Counted from the first letter of the stretch, positions 48,201-51,576 are shown. The stretch: DNA of 64,000 bases from Patescibacteria group bacterium (GCA_041650915.1 JBAZKE010000001.1:43694-107693); one strand, 5' to 3'. Notes: generated by a model from the sequence alone, not told the origin. Program-made: numbers and translations.

Positions 48201-50383
48201 CCGAGAACTCTACGGTCACGTTTGACGGCACGAGCGGCACGGCGGATCTGATAACCGACCCTGCTTGCACAGACTGCAATCTTGATACGCTTGTTGTCAA
48301 TGACGGCGGAGGCGGGTTATTGACCGTTGAGGTTGAAGACGCGCTTGATGCAGCACACGTCACGATAACGAGCGGCACGCTTGATGCGGTCGCGCTGGAG
48401 AGCAATGCCATCAACGTTTCCGGGAATTGGGTCAACGATGACACGTTTGAAGCGCGAAATGGCACGGTGACGTTTGCAGCAACGGACGGGGATAACAGGA
48501 TCGAGAGCGGCATATCGCCTTTTTACAATGTTGATTTTAACGGAGCGGACGGCGCATGGACCTTGTATGAGCCGCTGGACGTCAACGGCACGTTTGACCT
48601 GACGCAAGGCACGTTTGTCCAGGGAACGGATTATAATCTCAACGTTGCCGGTGATTTCACGCTTGCGAATGGCACGACGTTTACCAAAGACACTGGCACC
48701 GGTCTTGTTATTTTCGACGGCGACCTGACATTTACGGACAGCAATGGGACCAAACAGGATATCGGAAGCGTAGAAATCGGAATGTCGCCTGATACTACGG
48801 AACTCGCGTCTGATATGTCAGCGACCACGCTTAATGTCAATAATAATGATATCCTGAATACCAATGGATATGACCTGAATATCGGCACGGGCGGGGTTAC
48901 TATTAAAAATGGCGGCGTTATCAACGCTCTTGATGACGTTGAGACGGATGAAACGATGATCAATACTGAGGGTGACTTTGAGATTAGTTCGGGTGGCGAC
49001 TTTAATTACGACCAGTCAACGATAATTTTTGACGCAGGATCAGGCACTGATGACCTTATTACCGACGGATCGGGCGATAACTATGCGGTGTACAATCTGC
49101 AGTTAAATGATGCCGGTGGCAGCTTGACTGTTGAGGTTGAGGATGATGTTGTTATCAAGGGCAATGTTACGGTTACTGCCGGCACGCTTGATGTTAAGAC
49201 GGAGAATAATGCCATTACCGTCGGCGGCAGCTGGACTAACGCAGACACCTTTACTGCGCGCGGCGGTACGGTAACATTTGATGGCGCTTCCGGCAGCGCT
49301 GGCACGTTTGACATTGATTCTACCGGTGCGACAACCGATGACTTTTACCACCTGGCTTTCAACGACGCTGGTGACGGCGATACGTTCCAGCTCGAATCAG
49401 CACTCGACGTAAACGGTAATCTCACCATCACCGGAGGCACGCTGGATACCAAGTCAGGGGAGGATAATGGCATTACGGCAGCAGGCAATTGGACCAATGA
49501 TGATACGTTTACAGCAAATAGCGGGACGGTAACGCTTGACGGCACGGGGCAGCAGGCGCTCTCCGGGCAGATGACGGGCGTATCAGACCGGTTTTACGAC
49601 CTCACGGTCACAAACACCGGCGTATCGAATCCCGACGTTATCTTCGCCGCTTCTGCCGAAACAGCGCATACGTTTACCGCGGGTACGGCAGGATCACAGG
49701 TGCAGTTCGACGACGCCGGGACGTATACGTTCCAGAATATCGATCTCGACGGCCAGGACCCCGCGACGCGCATTGTCCTGACGAGCGATTCCGCAGGCAC
49801 CCAGTGGGATATTAACGTCGCTGGCACGAGGAGCGTGTACAGCACCGATGTGCAGGACTCGAACGCGTGCGGCCAGCCGCCTGATATCAATGCCACACAC
49901 ATATCGAATAAGGATTCAGGCAATACGGACTGTTGGGACTTCACGGCAATTACCTTCACGATCAGCAGCAATGCGATCGACCTTGGCACGCTTTCAACCG
50001 GCTCTGTCAGTACGACGAGCCATACCGTCAGGACGGTCACGAGCGCAGATAGCGGCTACACGACGCTCGTCTACGACGACGGCAACCTCAGGAAGGGTTC
50101 CGACGATATCAACGACGTGGCTGACGGTGCCGTGACGGCAGGTTCGGAAGAGTACGGCCTCTCGACCACGGACAGCAGCCAGGACATTGCCCAGGATGCG
50201 GCCTGCGGCAGCGCTCCGTACACCGCATCCGCACTCACCGCGACCCAGCAGTCAGTCGCAGGAGCTGCCTCCGGTCCGGTGGATGAAACGATCACGGTCT
50301 GCTATGCAGCCTCGATCGACGTGAATACGATTTCGGGATCGTACGTTCATACCGTCACGTATATAACGGTAGGCCAGTTTTAA
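21248..50383 (+). CDS. giant (up to 9,711 aa) membrane-anchored, Thr/Gly/Asn/Asp-rich repetitive surface fibre / adhesin-like protein
   Basis: Single uninterrupted 29.1-kb ORF. Start is uncertain: GTG 21248, ATG 21479 (preceded by AAAGAGG) or ATG 21608. Parts in order: in-frame HTH (aa ~28-78), long hydrophobic anchor (aa ~125-152), acidic PE-rich linker, Ig-like domains, HxH tail-collar-like repeats, beta-helix-like GGT/NGT repeat arrays organised into ~8 super-repeats, and a C-terminal ~140-aa domain shared with the next gene. Confidence 0.9.
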   Translation: MALSKPFKRAGQFLGGNKNKQGIDFNALPELLTLDQVSEILGVHPNTLRNWDRSGKFAALRVGPRKDRRYEKEAVYRMHLEMKPAVHAADREVDGRKPEPSDNKYVIHPGFSWNKLRLYFMSRRFSIFVYSVGLVAFTFVVMQVTFFAYVFLVRAEEKPPLVARLAPSAVTGWQGAEKAKTIDALGTAPLDDFSIYNSAVFYNGSEPIVVEEEEAAGTAEPAQEAPAEPAVVTPQDTEPEPEEQAPTEEPQAPADVPAEEAEEPVDASAMPAEEGEAPAVEEGLPAEAGVDGGAATDAAVPATEEAVTDESDATVVKGMVLGEETDAADEPLSEQNPVLEARSFAVPEAIPAGTQISDARLLLSFAADTYPDNEDVITFSYSVDGSSWTVLDSQGLISDMSNGTHEGYWSFSIPELHVIDEIADLIVRVEYHAVAPVEMSTAYLDGIELDLTLEEPDAVAAEIIESVEIENDVLDTGEDPTINVHIEEESPLSFLGASSRQRTVKDVRLQDPNGREIEAVYTIADEQQGSVKTAAYTFDTGAFSKPGKYTVTLEVEQNGTVEEVEQDFTWGVLAINPDYAIQKLGQETQFSIGVLDDSGDIVCDAEVTLEIVDPAGHAVTQSTVDGRITVSDSCLTKGVYQGPDYYSTYTPQMPGTYQLHLTATHYNGTRTLDSEFAVEANPRFTVKRTGPTRIFPYVYQPMLLEVTAYEDFTGEITEIVPGVFEIEVHNDGAIRPFDQGGHIDHQIVWKASLKAGESATFGYSFKTPEESPALYMAGPAAVGTVWDEGRQWQMAIDATYVYLLSSSNSAPAGWSYVDTYNSKYVRGASSFSGTGGGAATHTHTYSESVTDSSVNTAGIVCSRRCLSVAGLGHTHTSTGSTIGPENNDPAHYTYRLWKYDTADATPMTIPQNAFIFWKDNSADPSSPWTRFSSGDDRMVKLADSHTTGGSTTHKHTITWGSLNATTGTNIEGILGDIYTMTSATHTHTAPTSSYTSEETLLPEYVTLDIWQQPDATPQAIVTGTVAMFDGTLPTGWTAISNGSPYQNRLVRGSTTAGSQAGSATHGHDDTEGTTGGASAQVKPGEGLDVLTAAENHTHGIRLADFSSGDQTPPYVDFVLAECTTCAITTITAGGIAYQENESTPIDGTSDNKTITLLVNGANTACGGGACTDTIDDDTGAWSISNITSSSGDIITVYLDDETEEATTVFVSDDTTQSNVDLYQNAVVVRHDTGASITNANLLTGDGGDDDIKYSVTGGALSVDTGFELHVWAGDTYDPGGAVTTQGTGGDVHVDDNATMYIDTIDSRITNNIMIDSGAALTVQVNSQVDGGAAGGVTVAGTLNASGGTFTVGDGTDEVVYVDSGTVNVDGGILTIKDDLYNNSAGGTEDINISSGTVNVGDDFRVESTADVDVTGGTVNVTGMLDVNGGTFDTSGSSDVNVTEILDQDGGTVTFGGTSTVDFGGVANAVNDGALNQTGGTVTFGNSTDEDLYANAGATITLSGGTTEIKDDFFLPSVTGSATVSNTVNMTAGSNETIDLDGGTLTVYEGADINCDYRLDVRAASIVDLNGGSLDTGNYWLIYDGTLNLDGGDHNIGTSGYLYFLPNATSITFNQTGGQITTYRLFVGNGAGTMYTPTVTGGTINIGTAAGTKDIYFTEAGDYKFYNVTIEENAVFNTSSTNSLKLAGSFTINNGKTFGANAEAIQIEGDNAGSPTGGFINEGTFTYGTSTVTMLNGEIKGSPDVMLTWSSFYNLNIGDATTSNTIDVGGSNNFWVQNAFAITSGDALSIGSGLYAGHSGPTFTLDGTVSGDGTLAFDSASPGPGTGGTLSANVRYDTTAGNIAAATFDARTYGGDVDIYLGELVIGAKSAIAGAGTLAIGGGLTLTDESAEGLSLDMNTNDPTTTVAGSVTVCATCTLSAPSTVSDTAFIVNGSWANSGTFTANGGQVTLDGSATQTLSGTMSGASSFANLKIRDASARTVDFEAQAITTGTYTIENDTNATTVQYENVADSAPFTFADISWGQAGTNGITFAGESGSSEWHLKVTDASQAVSYVSVSWSDASVTDGLEIAASDGTNTDGNNNTNWDFGFTISGTSTSFGTVKVAVNTTVQTDSAVISGGTWQITADADPISGDVITAYIDGVDDSLEAVGVTKYDGTGTISGMVLNGYEVWFGSTSDTPSLTLTDLENWDYDNDEDVFFSVASSTLEMNGDSAHSLNVLQIMDNATLTLSTGQTLNVTELFVRSDVTDGHLTMSGSPIINVKELFNNAGDYNASTETVNMANTMIGYITAAGASDSDIYNLNISPTSGLLTVSLNSALVVNNALTVTAGTFAVDENLNVNGAENALTVSGGTLSHTAGTLTVGNSTNEDLYITSGVVTTSGGNLVVTDDIRHAGGTVNINDGSNVDVTGQYTNDLAGSPILNLNGGSMDCQSHILLDRGTVNLNGGVHRAGVAVTDGIIEMNRNSTKSEHFYFNMTGGELHGRAIVIYDNKTLHTDTVSGGQLWVDNISEITATEEFYQWNTDSPTFWSLVLNEDDARINSTSQITDLNGDLIINSSMGLYQQGREIKVAGNWTHNGTTYSHGNGTVHMDGVDSTGSINGTTASTFYNLYLEDNTSLSNGNVTVEYVLLLLGGIDFSIGSGRTATVTSAGGMTGLTGSTVSGDGTLIFQAPTLTGPAPAIDSLLRMDAVDTDQSIESGPTRNFGSTVEFYNSGASSRTITIGSGADQTFNFYGDATSTVTGGGTLSVRQDTYNPIVNIVGDFTIGASSTYIASATGALNLSGSYTNTGAFTHSSGTVTLNGTALQTLSGTMTGASSFNSLTITNAYGSVSGCDTLFSPGVSFGTSATIAGTYTITTAGVNVRYNSGSTYTVNNINWQGGAGDEIIFRNSNLTSGTWLLAVSGTQTNVSYVNAARSDASSGDVIDASNGTNTDCDNNTNWDFYAGILVTGTLGFSPAAGTVKVAVDGDVQTDGYDVTGGSPWEVYTDAELAGDETVTVFIDGAETADESTAITGYDGSGDITGMVLNQHVLTAGSADNHTLVVDDFSTYWNTDDEDVMHGIFLGMETMTLYVDNSQYTDERLHIVSGTTVRLTSNSGDLENLNTFNITIDGTLDITGTATAQIDVYGNWDNNGAFNSNTSYTIFRATSGSFTIDSTGASASAFYRLTLGGVSGSATFTLESPLVVNNNLMINYGTLDTKSGENNSITVGGTWTNYDTFTANTGSVTFTGTGSINGDHDTTFYDLTIGDGTDGTMTVNGTDDPTVTHNIDIDAGDILSIGSDRTVTYTYDANSFTLDGTISGAGRLVYKSSDAFPATGTISTIVRFDATDVIWQNTGGRTYGNTVEIYHNSDALPKLIYLAGSGATVINGDLLFMTGASASLDMTVSNTNNYDVDIAGSLSVSKSGSGDITFDAGTAAYTVGDDVNFTNAAVTLEAGSLVEMTGAEDGTGTLTSAGTTLQDVTLSGGTITLADATHTISGSLDMTGAAVTAGTSTVLMNGAVASLYGGGNALNNLTLSSDSTTTLYSDIDIDGVLDITASDTLDIYVGIFATLTHYAELTFNGTISGIGGYLVYQSSTQFPAAGGTFGSMLNVRFDANYVNMVIPGRNYGTGIFELYNTGATNKTIYLGTGTGQTFSQTEEVNIVRTGAGSLLVDADFYDPTVTFGYMTIGAGTTYLSANSHTFTCFYDCDNQGTFTHNDGTVAVGTSGMNLAGDWTGSSALYNLTTDKNLDFDGAVTVANTFTIDNGSNTVDVEFEPGATYTFANIVWGQAGTNAVTMHGETSSAWNLKVTDEYSSQQVSYVTVSYSNACVSGGQNIDATDGTNNNNGNNSCWDFSDSMDISGTADGNAGELVKLAVNGVRTTEVGNIITGAPNTWTIANVGTINSGDVVTVWIENTIGNISDTDESSGITKYDGSGDVTGMALDTHVLTVGSADNPSFVRDDFLLYYNDDDEDIMHGKDETPDCKDGICPTDLNSDIDNVYSDDLFRVLSGATVTLSADADDYYDVLDAHDVTNEGTIVTTTTGLTPKLQISGSWNNTVAATFTSSLEQFTFDSSSAGETITTGGDPVYSLFFMGTGSWSNADALTVNNGLYVQNTGTFNVTGNDVTVKGASGMHISDGTVAISSGIVTVGDSTDEDLILDGGTLNASGGTLIVQDDLITTAAGNAEDINVTGGVLTVNGSLDINDGTVDFGPGASGAIDVNVSDCMHQTAGAVTVGTGSYAVDVDIDNGEFTSACTSLTHGYEITGGTLTIDTNADVAITDAYYFQTGGTFNLDGGSIAMAGPAGYSFEFSGGTFNLDGGTVDADDDKDYYVNLSDTGPVTFNMYSGDIYTSAFYVQNNYTTTTLNPALGGTIHISGPESGGSKFYQYSDDSPHFYNLSIEKGIVGYPVSFQSGGQNETILDGDFTILNADDYFRPWGQAIAIKGDYTNNGTCYSCNSSTFTFDGTAGQALSGNLNGTSMLDAVIIENSGGTVDIDNYLRANSLTIDNSGGTVDIEWESDADGTNYHEFADIVWGQAGANAITFTKETSANSQWYLKVTDTSQQVSYVAVADSNACVSGGQTIMADDGTSVDNDNNDCWDFGLVIISGTAPSYIDGTTIKVAVDDEEQAGKTGSVTSEAWTIEDVLVPDGAIVTVWVDGAGEITESTAVTEHIGDGDITGMVLNINVITLGSTSDAATLTANNLAQWQNGDNEDVMHSVLSDIGGGQTMYSDYSSEYTDDTFRILTGTTLTINSGTGEPTWEDALIVDNLILDGSLTMSGGYSPQVEIWGDWDNNGDFNTDGSETVQFRAAETGHTIDHTGSSDSDIQQLTFNGSGGRWTVLHPSTWVINGDMTMSNGIADIATNMRVDGGDVTGNGVVNAFAGSFEVTGAGNFGGDSAWVFNDLTFSGNTYTTTAAGSGSITVGNVLTIGSGHALNAGSKTWILSDTGTPLIIAGTLTPSSSTFRYTGAGATTVFDASYYNLEVIPGADSVTHTLSSDLLSGVISVANNMVIGGSHLACTVSGALYMTNLDVGNNVTINIGTAFVAPSAAASFTVGGSWSNSDTFTHSSGTVTFDANTTGKTIQSNSNNWNNVTFNNASGGWSFSDTTTLAGDLTVTAGTLSGTVDIDVQGGDLKGDGTVTMTAGTVNLINDGTIGTSSGSNDWTFYDLNLGQTGCAANTTTTANAGTGAIIITNTFTYDACSCGEECARYHRVHPGARTWRLTGTGTPLESGIINVGNIGTSVFQFTGTGSAVAVAGYYFYDLELIPGSATDYSFSAPTLYAIGHDLTINVNAAGNFDPGSAYVEMGGATGTLDVNGADIQELRTDLGTSNAITVASDAMISYRFVIFDAGDVLSVSSGATVTHTGATANILGGTISGDGLLTFTNTSTGPSTGGTVTADVRFDATDGDITSSTFDTRTYGGDLELYSAHSSGRTITPAAGTLTVGGNLNTTSTTSTLAAAFNTNNPTTLIGTIDNALTGDVSICATCTLSAPGSLTLYGDYQNSGTFTHNNGTVTLGAPGIVQAQAMYGAMTGASAFYNLTVENDFEANGPSFVNDSEVSNTYTITTPAVLVYYDTGTTHTYNNVNWNGQAAGSRIRLVGTDTWNLEVSGTQSVSYVDASYSNACGGDVIDADNGTNNNGGNNSCWDFIQGVEIDGIAYAENESTPLGIGRDVTLLVNGEENSCSFTPCTGSTDGVGGYAIADVDVLSGDVVTVYLDDASEEATMVYISNGTAQTNIDLYQNAVIARADTGSITNANLSTGDGGDDDIKYAVAGNNATFDSGFELHVWTGDTYDPGGQIITQGAGGDLHVDDSALAYVDTASSAIAGSVSIDTGGTVTMQSGTWTIAGDMTVTGTFNGTGDTVVNGGDMTGTGSVSLTGGSVTMAAGGSIDLGGTDTFSTLIINNGDATTTVVGSLNISGGLEVSAGDTLANSTGTMKLNTSTATLALAGTISGSGTLVYQSGVAFPTGGTLSMNVIFDPHLTSQSMSARTYGGDVKINDIAGNPSSNRTVTMLAGSYTIIGQLWMVEDTMRIITLDAATNDPTVQINGDLTGSGTSSNLTLHMGAGTWTVGDDVNLTHMDVDVETGGELELTGSTDSILSASATDIFYDLTMSGSDVEFGPVGEGWSAIAVSHDLSLTGTLDAKLATVQMVGAGGSIIGGGNTLYKLKIDPDPDGTVTLTTSDLTISNSISTPLEVTDSGDILSIESGRVLTVTGATTTEISGVGSITGDGTLRFDHNSGGPGTTLGTLGVAVRYDATLGDIAPETFDARTYGGDVEVYAGTGLIERVVTAPSSGTFAFEKALTTTCSSCNLLTLGFDGVTDPTVTIDGALTIGATTGLSAPSSVDFTLNGGYTNSGSFYDNSGTIVLGGSAIQTLDGTMTGVSDFNNLTITNASAAGIVFAKAATISGTYTITTADVKVTYLAGAAYTVTDINWDGQDAGTRIEFVSSTPDTQWNLNVSGTQTDVSYVNVTDSNACAGDEIVANNGTNYNGGNNDCWLFGIHISGTSNTTGTVKAAINTSLEPDSDLIAEGTWDIETSTVPVVNDVITVFIDEAEESGESSAVTRYDGSGSLTGVVLDANVLSIGSDNSIYVRLDDFVYTRSLDEDLMFDLSTGECSSRTLTIDAVGQYTDETLSILGGSQLYLLSYFNDGGPCNRYDTVNTHNIDISGYLSETGDRESTINVSGSWANSGTSTSGIGGTQGGFESGNSVVNFTAPSGTETINSSAAISGGGLRAFDDIVFNDSSGSATYLLKSDLDANHDITITGGTLDAESGVNHDIYVGGVWNNDDTFEARWGKVIFDGAGTFMLYAGSSWFYDLEFNNVGGLWDFDEDAVTAGNDVVVTVGILETEVDITIKGGDLTGDGTVTFNGGTLTMEQTGTIGTASGSNNWTLYNVTYGLGGQCTLDYTTTANGGAGTITVAGQMQGSACSCGGECFKVHRLDPGARTWIFSGTGLSGAADKIPLVDSTFINNGGTSTARFTATTGPGYVVQVSDNDYYNLEMLPAESEDYEWSSDTGIYGIYHDLTINSNAAANFDEKQAVLRLYGTDQTIDANGADLYDVGTWTDGVQAVSIASDVTITSRFLELYSGNTITIADGATMTVSGAQTNIIADGAVLTSVGTGMLRFLPGTTGPGTTGTLSANVRYDATDGDIASGTIDARTYGNRVEVYSGSSSADRTVTIASGTYTLSGASSHLHLLANGDNNVTLAGATNNPTVTIGGNVDFAGTGGGSEIITSGTGTWTVSGNVDFTGGTYTATSGNTLIMNGTGTPSITSASNSLYNFQTSGTGTITPQDNLTAANDITLGNGTTVSSAHDITANGGDLTTTGGTGTGVLTHTAGTVSISGTGNVGGNSAWTVQNLTFSQAVCADYTTTATGTGTITVNGTLLTDDCTSGETEYHKLAAGSKTWILTGTTPFTNDGGLDGGTSLFRFTTAGPATIPLGNVGGSTGYYTLELKPSGSSPTYTFAAGADFNINNNLVIGDGTNSVTVSGTANNPTLDIAGSVSCTAGASTNTVATGTGTWHVATNADLSECDSWTATSGHTLDMDGAGQITAAGKTLYNFQSSGMGVVSYSAMDVNGTFTVATGSNFEQADEDNINVAGNFTIQASSTFLAAEGAGMLILDGDLTFTDSTVGLQDLGDVQVGTSPDTTNLASDMKANSLTVATGDFFYTNGYDLDLGTGGLTVDGTFDAADDVETDETLITTNGDVRFSAPATFGQDQSTIEFDGSSGTDVLLTSAKPIYNLVIDGGANLLVELGSALDADGSITINVGELDVTAAPYAITLGGSWINADTFTARTGTVTIDGSSAVGTFDINSTGATAASFYNLILNDAGGGDTFELESALDVDNDLTITGGTLDTKNGSNWGISVGGDWTNADIFTARAGIVTFNATDTGHTINSGSSQFFSVVFDGASGSWSPLTNNITITGTLTMTNGTFDTSAGTANVTVRSHVQCGATCGTINMASTNTFTVQALFTATINFGTNVAVATDWTFYNLTLHSTSSGTIRFNGTGTGETNVLNNLSVTGTGFDTTVDVNTNDRIIDANNVSLSADAVFQASNSAAFTVSGNWSNSGTFTSNSGTVTFDGADSSTQAFTGDTTFGSFTATTADNSAGRTLQFAGSSTTAVSGTWTVTGASGKVLTLQSSDTNNWTINPTAASVTYVSVSRSTNAGASFCATYSNDGGNNVNWAISTGAQCQVISGTIYSDISSAEYDCTTPYTVKLRVNGSGTYSTECTNTPTMGYFEFNNVASTSGDVITLYLDNEEYEGTTVMVTDGTIQTDVDIYWDNTIVRADTGSITNANLATGDDGDDDVKYNVATNNVTYDSSFGLYVWDGDTYDPGGTIALSNADVWVGPSATLYFDTATNTPGNNMSVMTGATVHVDAATTFANGIDVMGSVIGTGDLTLTIGSMVSSNGIGTVTMTGGTVTLGGGGTFQSSSADWTFHDLYLAQPPACSVPATCTEITCAKVTNASGTGGVTISGTVTSDICSPPMPSENTYAHQLDAAVGNPKVWTFNGDSGDASPYVPITSVYMENVETHESTFAFTSIDSNGVSMPLNSMDFYNLSINPASATDYNFEAPAYRLWNDLFIHPNANVISGSTVMAFACDDCEINAGGTTFGDVEVYYSDKNVSVTTTGTDFSIAGRLWMATGISYTTDLVIGEGRTVTMENGSTVNLGTTSTVGGAGTWEFLPGSSGPDDVGTVNSVVRYNASSDNIANTTFDPRTYGNNVEIYSESSAGDRSVAFAAGTYTLSGANADFTIESAGTSNLSLANSAGTVNMAIGGDLGFTKGSTGTPSVTTGAGTWAVSGDVDLSNGTFTASSGHTLELDAAADGTGLITSAGNTLMNFLASGSDLVGSTDALDADGTFGVSETADFAQAADNNLNVAGNFTIASGATFNKASGSGTLIFDSNTDFTDSSSPLQDLGSVTISGLVDLLSNMKEESLAISGTLRQDGYDLDVGGGITVQSGANLWPVAGAGGDPAINLEGSLTIEDAAVFNSENSTVTFDGTSGTADLITDPACTDCNLDTLVVNDGGGGLLTVEVEDALDAAHVTITSGTLDAVALESNAINVSGNWVNDDTFEARNGTVTFAATDGDNRIESGISPFYNVDFNGADGAWTLYEPLDVNGTFDLTQGTFVQGTDYNLNVAGDFTLANGTTFTKDTGTGLVIFDGDLTFTDSNGTKQDIGSVEIGMSPDTTELASDMSATTLNVNNNDILNTNGYDLNIGTGGVTIKNGGVINALDDVETDETMINTEGDFEISSGGDFNYDQSTIIFDAGSGTDDLITDGSGDNYAVYNLQLNDAGGSLTVEVEDDVVIKGNVTVTAGTLDVKTENNAITVGGSWTNADTFTARGGTVTFDGASGSAGTFDIDSTGATTDDFYHLAFNDAGDGDTFQLESALDVNGNLTITGGTLDTKSGEDNGITAAGNWTNDDTFTANSGTVTLDGTGQQALSGQMTGVSDRFYDLTVTNTGVSNPDVIFAASAETAHTFTAGTAGSQVQFDDAGTYTFQNIDLDGQDPATRIVLTSDSAGTQWDINVAGTRSVYSTDVQDSNACGQPPDINATHISNKDSGNTDCWDFTAITFTISSNAIDLGTLSTGSVSTTSHTVRTVTSADSGYTTLVYDDGNLRKGSDDINDVADGAVTAGSEEYGLSTTDSSQDIAQDAACGSAPYTASALTATQQSVAGAASGPVDETITVCYAASIDVNTISGSYVHTVTYITVGQF
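27290..49945 (+). repeat. protein-level tandem super-repeats (~2.3-3.1 kb period, ~8 copies) within giant CDS
   Basis: Each unit ends with ...NI.W.GQ.AG..I.F......W.L.VSGTQ..VSYV.V..SNAC...I.A.DGTN..GNN.CWDF. The W/C-WDF codons are at ~27.50, 30.07, 32.74, 34.99, 38.14, 40.70, 45.76 and 49.94 kb. Divergent at nucleotide level. Confidence 0.6.
50051..50317 (+). repeat. 267-nt perfect direct repeat, copy 1 (3' end of giant CDS)
   Basis: Identical nucleotide string to 51244..51510 (offset 1193 nt). Antisense ORFs 50071..50295 and 51264..51488 translate to identical 74-aa peptides, confirming identity. Confidence 0.9.
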
Positions 50384-50393
50384 TGGTTTCCTC

Positions 50394-50422
50394 TTGTTTT
50401 TACCGACGAACTGTGTTATAAT
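50394..50422 (+). promoter_or_regulatory. candidate promoter for the 345-aa gene / downstream operon (TTGTTT-17-TGtTATAAT)
   Basis: Perfect -10 TATAAT at 50417-50422 with extended TGt and a weak -35, in the 155-nt AT-rich gap after the giant gene. Confidence 0.35.
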
Positions 50423-50538
50423 AGGTAATGTAAAGTAGAAAGCGGCTGTTTATATTTTTTTAAAGAGGAAAAGATTTTTCATTTTTGTGTTGGCATCTTT
50501 CGACATATAAAATTATTTATTAAAGTTACGAAAAGCCT

Positions 50539-51576
50539 ATGAAAGTACTAAAAAACACTAGTGTGGTGGTGTTGATGGCGGCATTTATCGCTGTCATGCT
50601 CTTTCCGGTCCAGGCAGCATACGCGGGTACCCTCACCACACCGCGCGATTACCTGAACAGGGTTAAGGAGAGTTTAACCTCCGGTGTGCAGCACGAGGTG
50701 TTCTTCACTACCGAGGGGGCAGTTTCAGGAGGAGCAGGGAACAACGAGATTACGCTCGTCTTCCCGGATGCGGATGACGGCGGCTGGTGCGCCACCGCAG
50801 CAGCCGACATGACGGTCACCGGCATTACGGATCCGACAGGCGGTTCCGAGAGCGCAACGTCGCTCCCCGGCACACTCGTCGGTACGTGTACGCAGGGTGC
50901 AGGCGCTTCGAGCTACGACACCTTCACAATCACCGGGGTCAATGATCTCAGCTCGGCTACGAAGTACGGCGTCCGTATCGCGGATGGCACAACGGCAGAG
51001 CTCGGTACGCCGGCTGCGTCGACGACGGGTCTCATCACCATTACCACAAACAACGGCTCAACTGACGTTGACTCTGCATTTACGAGCGTCGATATCATCA
51101 GCGATGACCAGGTGGCTGTTTCCGCCGATGTCCCATCGAGCATTACTTTCACGCTCAGCGATACCACGATCGACCTTGGCACGCTCTCAACGGGCGCGGT
51201 CAGCACTTCGTCACATACCGTCCAGACCGTCACCAATGCGTCGAGCGGCTACACGACGCTCGTCTACGACGACGGCAACCTCAGGAAGGGTTCCGACGAT
51301 ATCAACGACGTGGCTGACGGTGCCGTGACGGCAGGTTCGGAAGAGTACGGCCTCTCGACCACGGACAGCAGCCAGGACATTGCCCAGGATGCGGCCTGCG
51401 GCAGCGCTCCGTACACCGCATCCGCACTCACCGCGACCCAGCAGTCAGTCGCAGGAGCTGCCTCCGGTCCGGTGGATGAAACGATCACGGTCTGCTATGC
51501 AGCCTCGATCAGCGCAAGCACGGTAGCGGGCGCATACGCGCATACGGTTACATACGTAACGGTCGGGTTATTCTAA
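50539..51576 (+). CDS. secreted 345-aa protein sharing the C-terminal ~140-aa domain of the giant protein (possible divergent WxL-like cell-surface domain)
   Basis: N-terminal signal peptide (MKVLKNTSVVVLMAAFIAVMLFPVQAAYAG). The C-terminal 140 aa are near-identical to the giant protein's C-terminus (IDLGTLSTGAVSTSSHTV...TVTYVTVGLF). Confidence 0.8.
   Translation: MKVLKNTSVVVLMAAFIAVMLFPVQAAYAGTLTTPRDYLNRVKESLTSGVQHEVFFTTEGAVSGGAGNNEITLVFPDADDGGWCATAAADMTVTGITDPTGGSESATSLPGTLVGTCTQGAGASSYDTFTITGVNDLSSATKYGVRIADGTTAELGTPAASTTGLITITTNNGSTDVDSAFTSVDIISDDQVAVSADVPSSITFTLSDTTIDLGTLSTGAVSTSSHTVQTVTNASSGYTTLVYDDGNLRKGSDDINDVADGAVTAGSEEYGLSTTDSSQDIAQDAACGSAPYTASALTATQQSVAGAASGPVDETITVCYAASISASTVAGAYAHTVTYVTVGLF
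51244..51510 (+). repeat. 267-nt perfect direct repeat, copy 2 (3' part of the 345-aa gene)
   Basis: See copy 1. Confidence 0.9.

Noticed and set aside
22468-49545. Many long antisense or alternate-frame ORFs inside the giant gene (e.g. 24892..25875 -, 47161..48513 -, 42712..43290 -, 21850..22365 -)
   Set aside because: Their proteins are low-complexity (Ser/Pro/Val/Thr runs) produced by the repetitive GGC/ACC/GGT codon usage of the + strand CDS. The + frame is uninterrupted for 29 kb and carries all conserved motifs.
21248-50383. CRISPR array or other non-coding tandem repeat explanation for the repetitive 29-kb region
   Set aside because: The repeats are degenerate at nucleotide level, have variable period, lie within one intact reading frame and are conserved at protein level. 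There are no short identical direct repeats with unique spacers and no cas genes.
50051-51510. 267-nt perfect repeat as insertion-sequence ends or MITE
   Set aside because: Both copies are in-frame coding sequence for a shared protein domain, are in direct (not inverted) orientation, and have no transposase between them.
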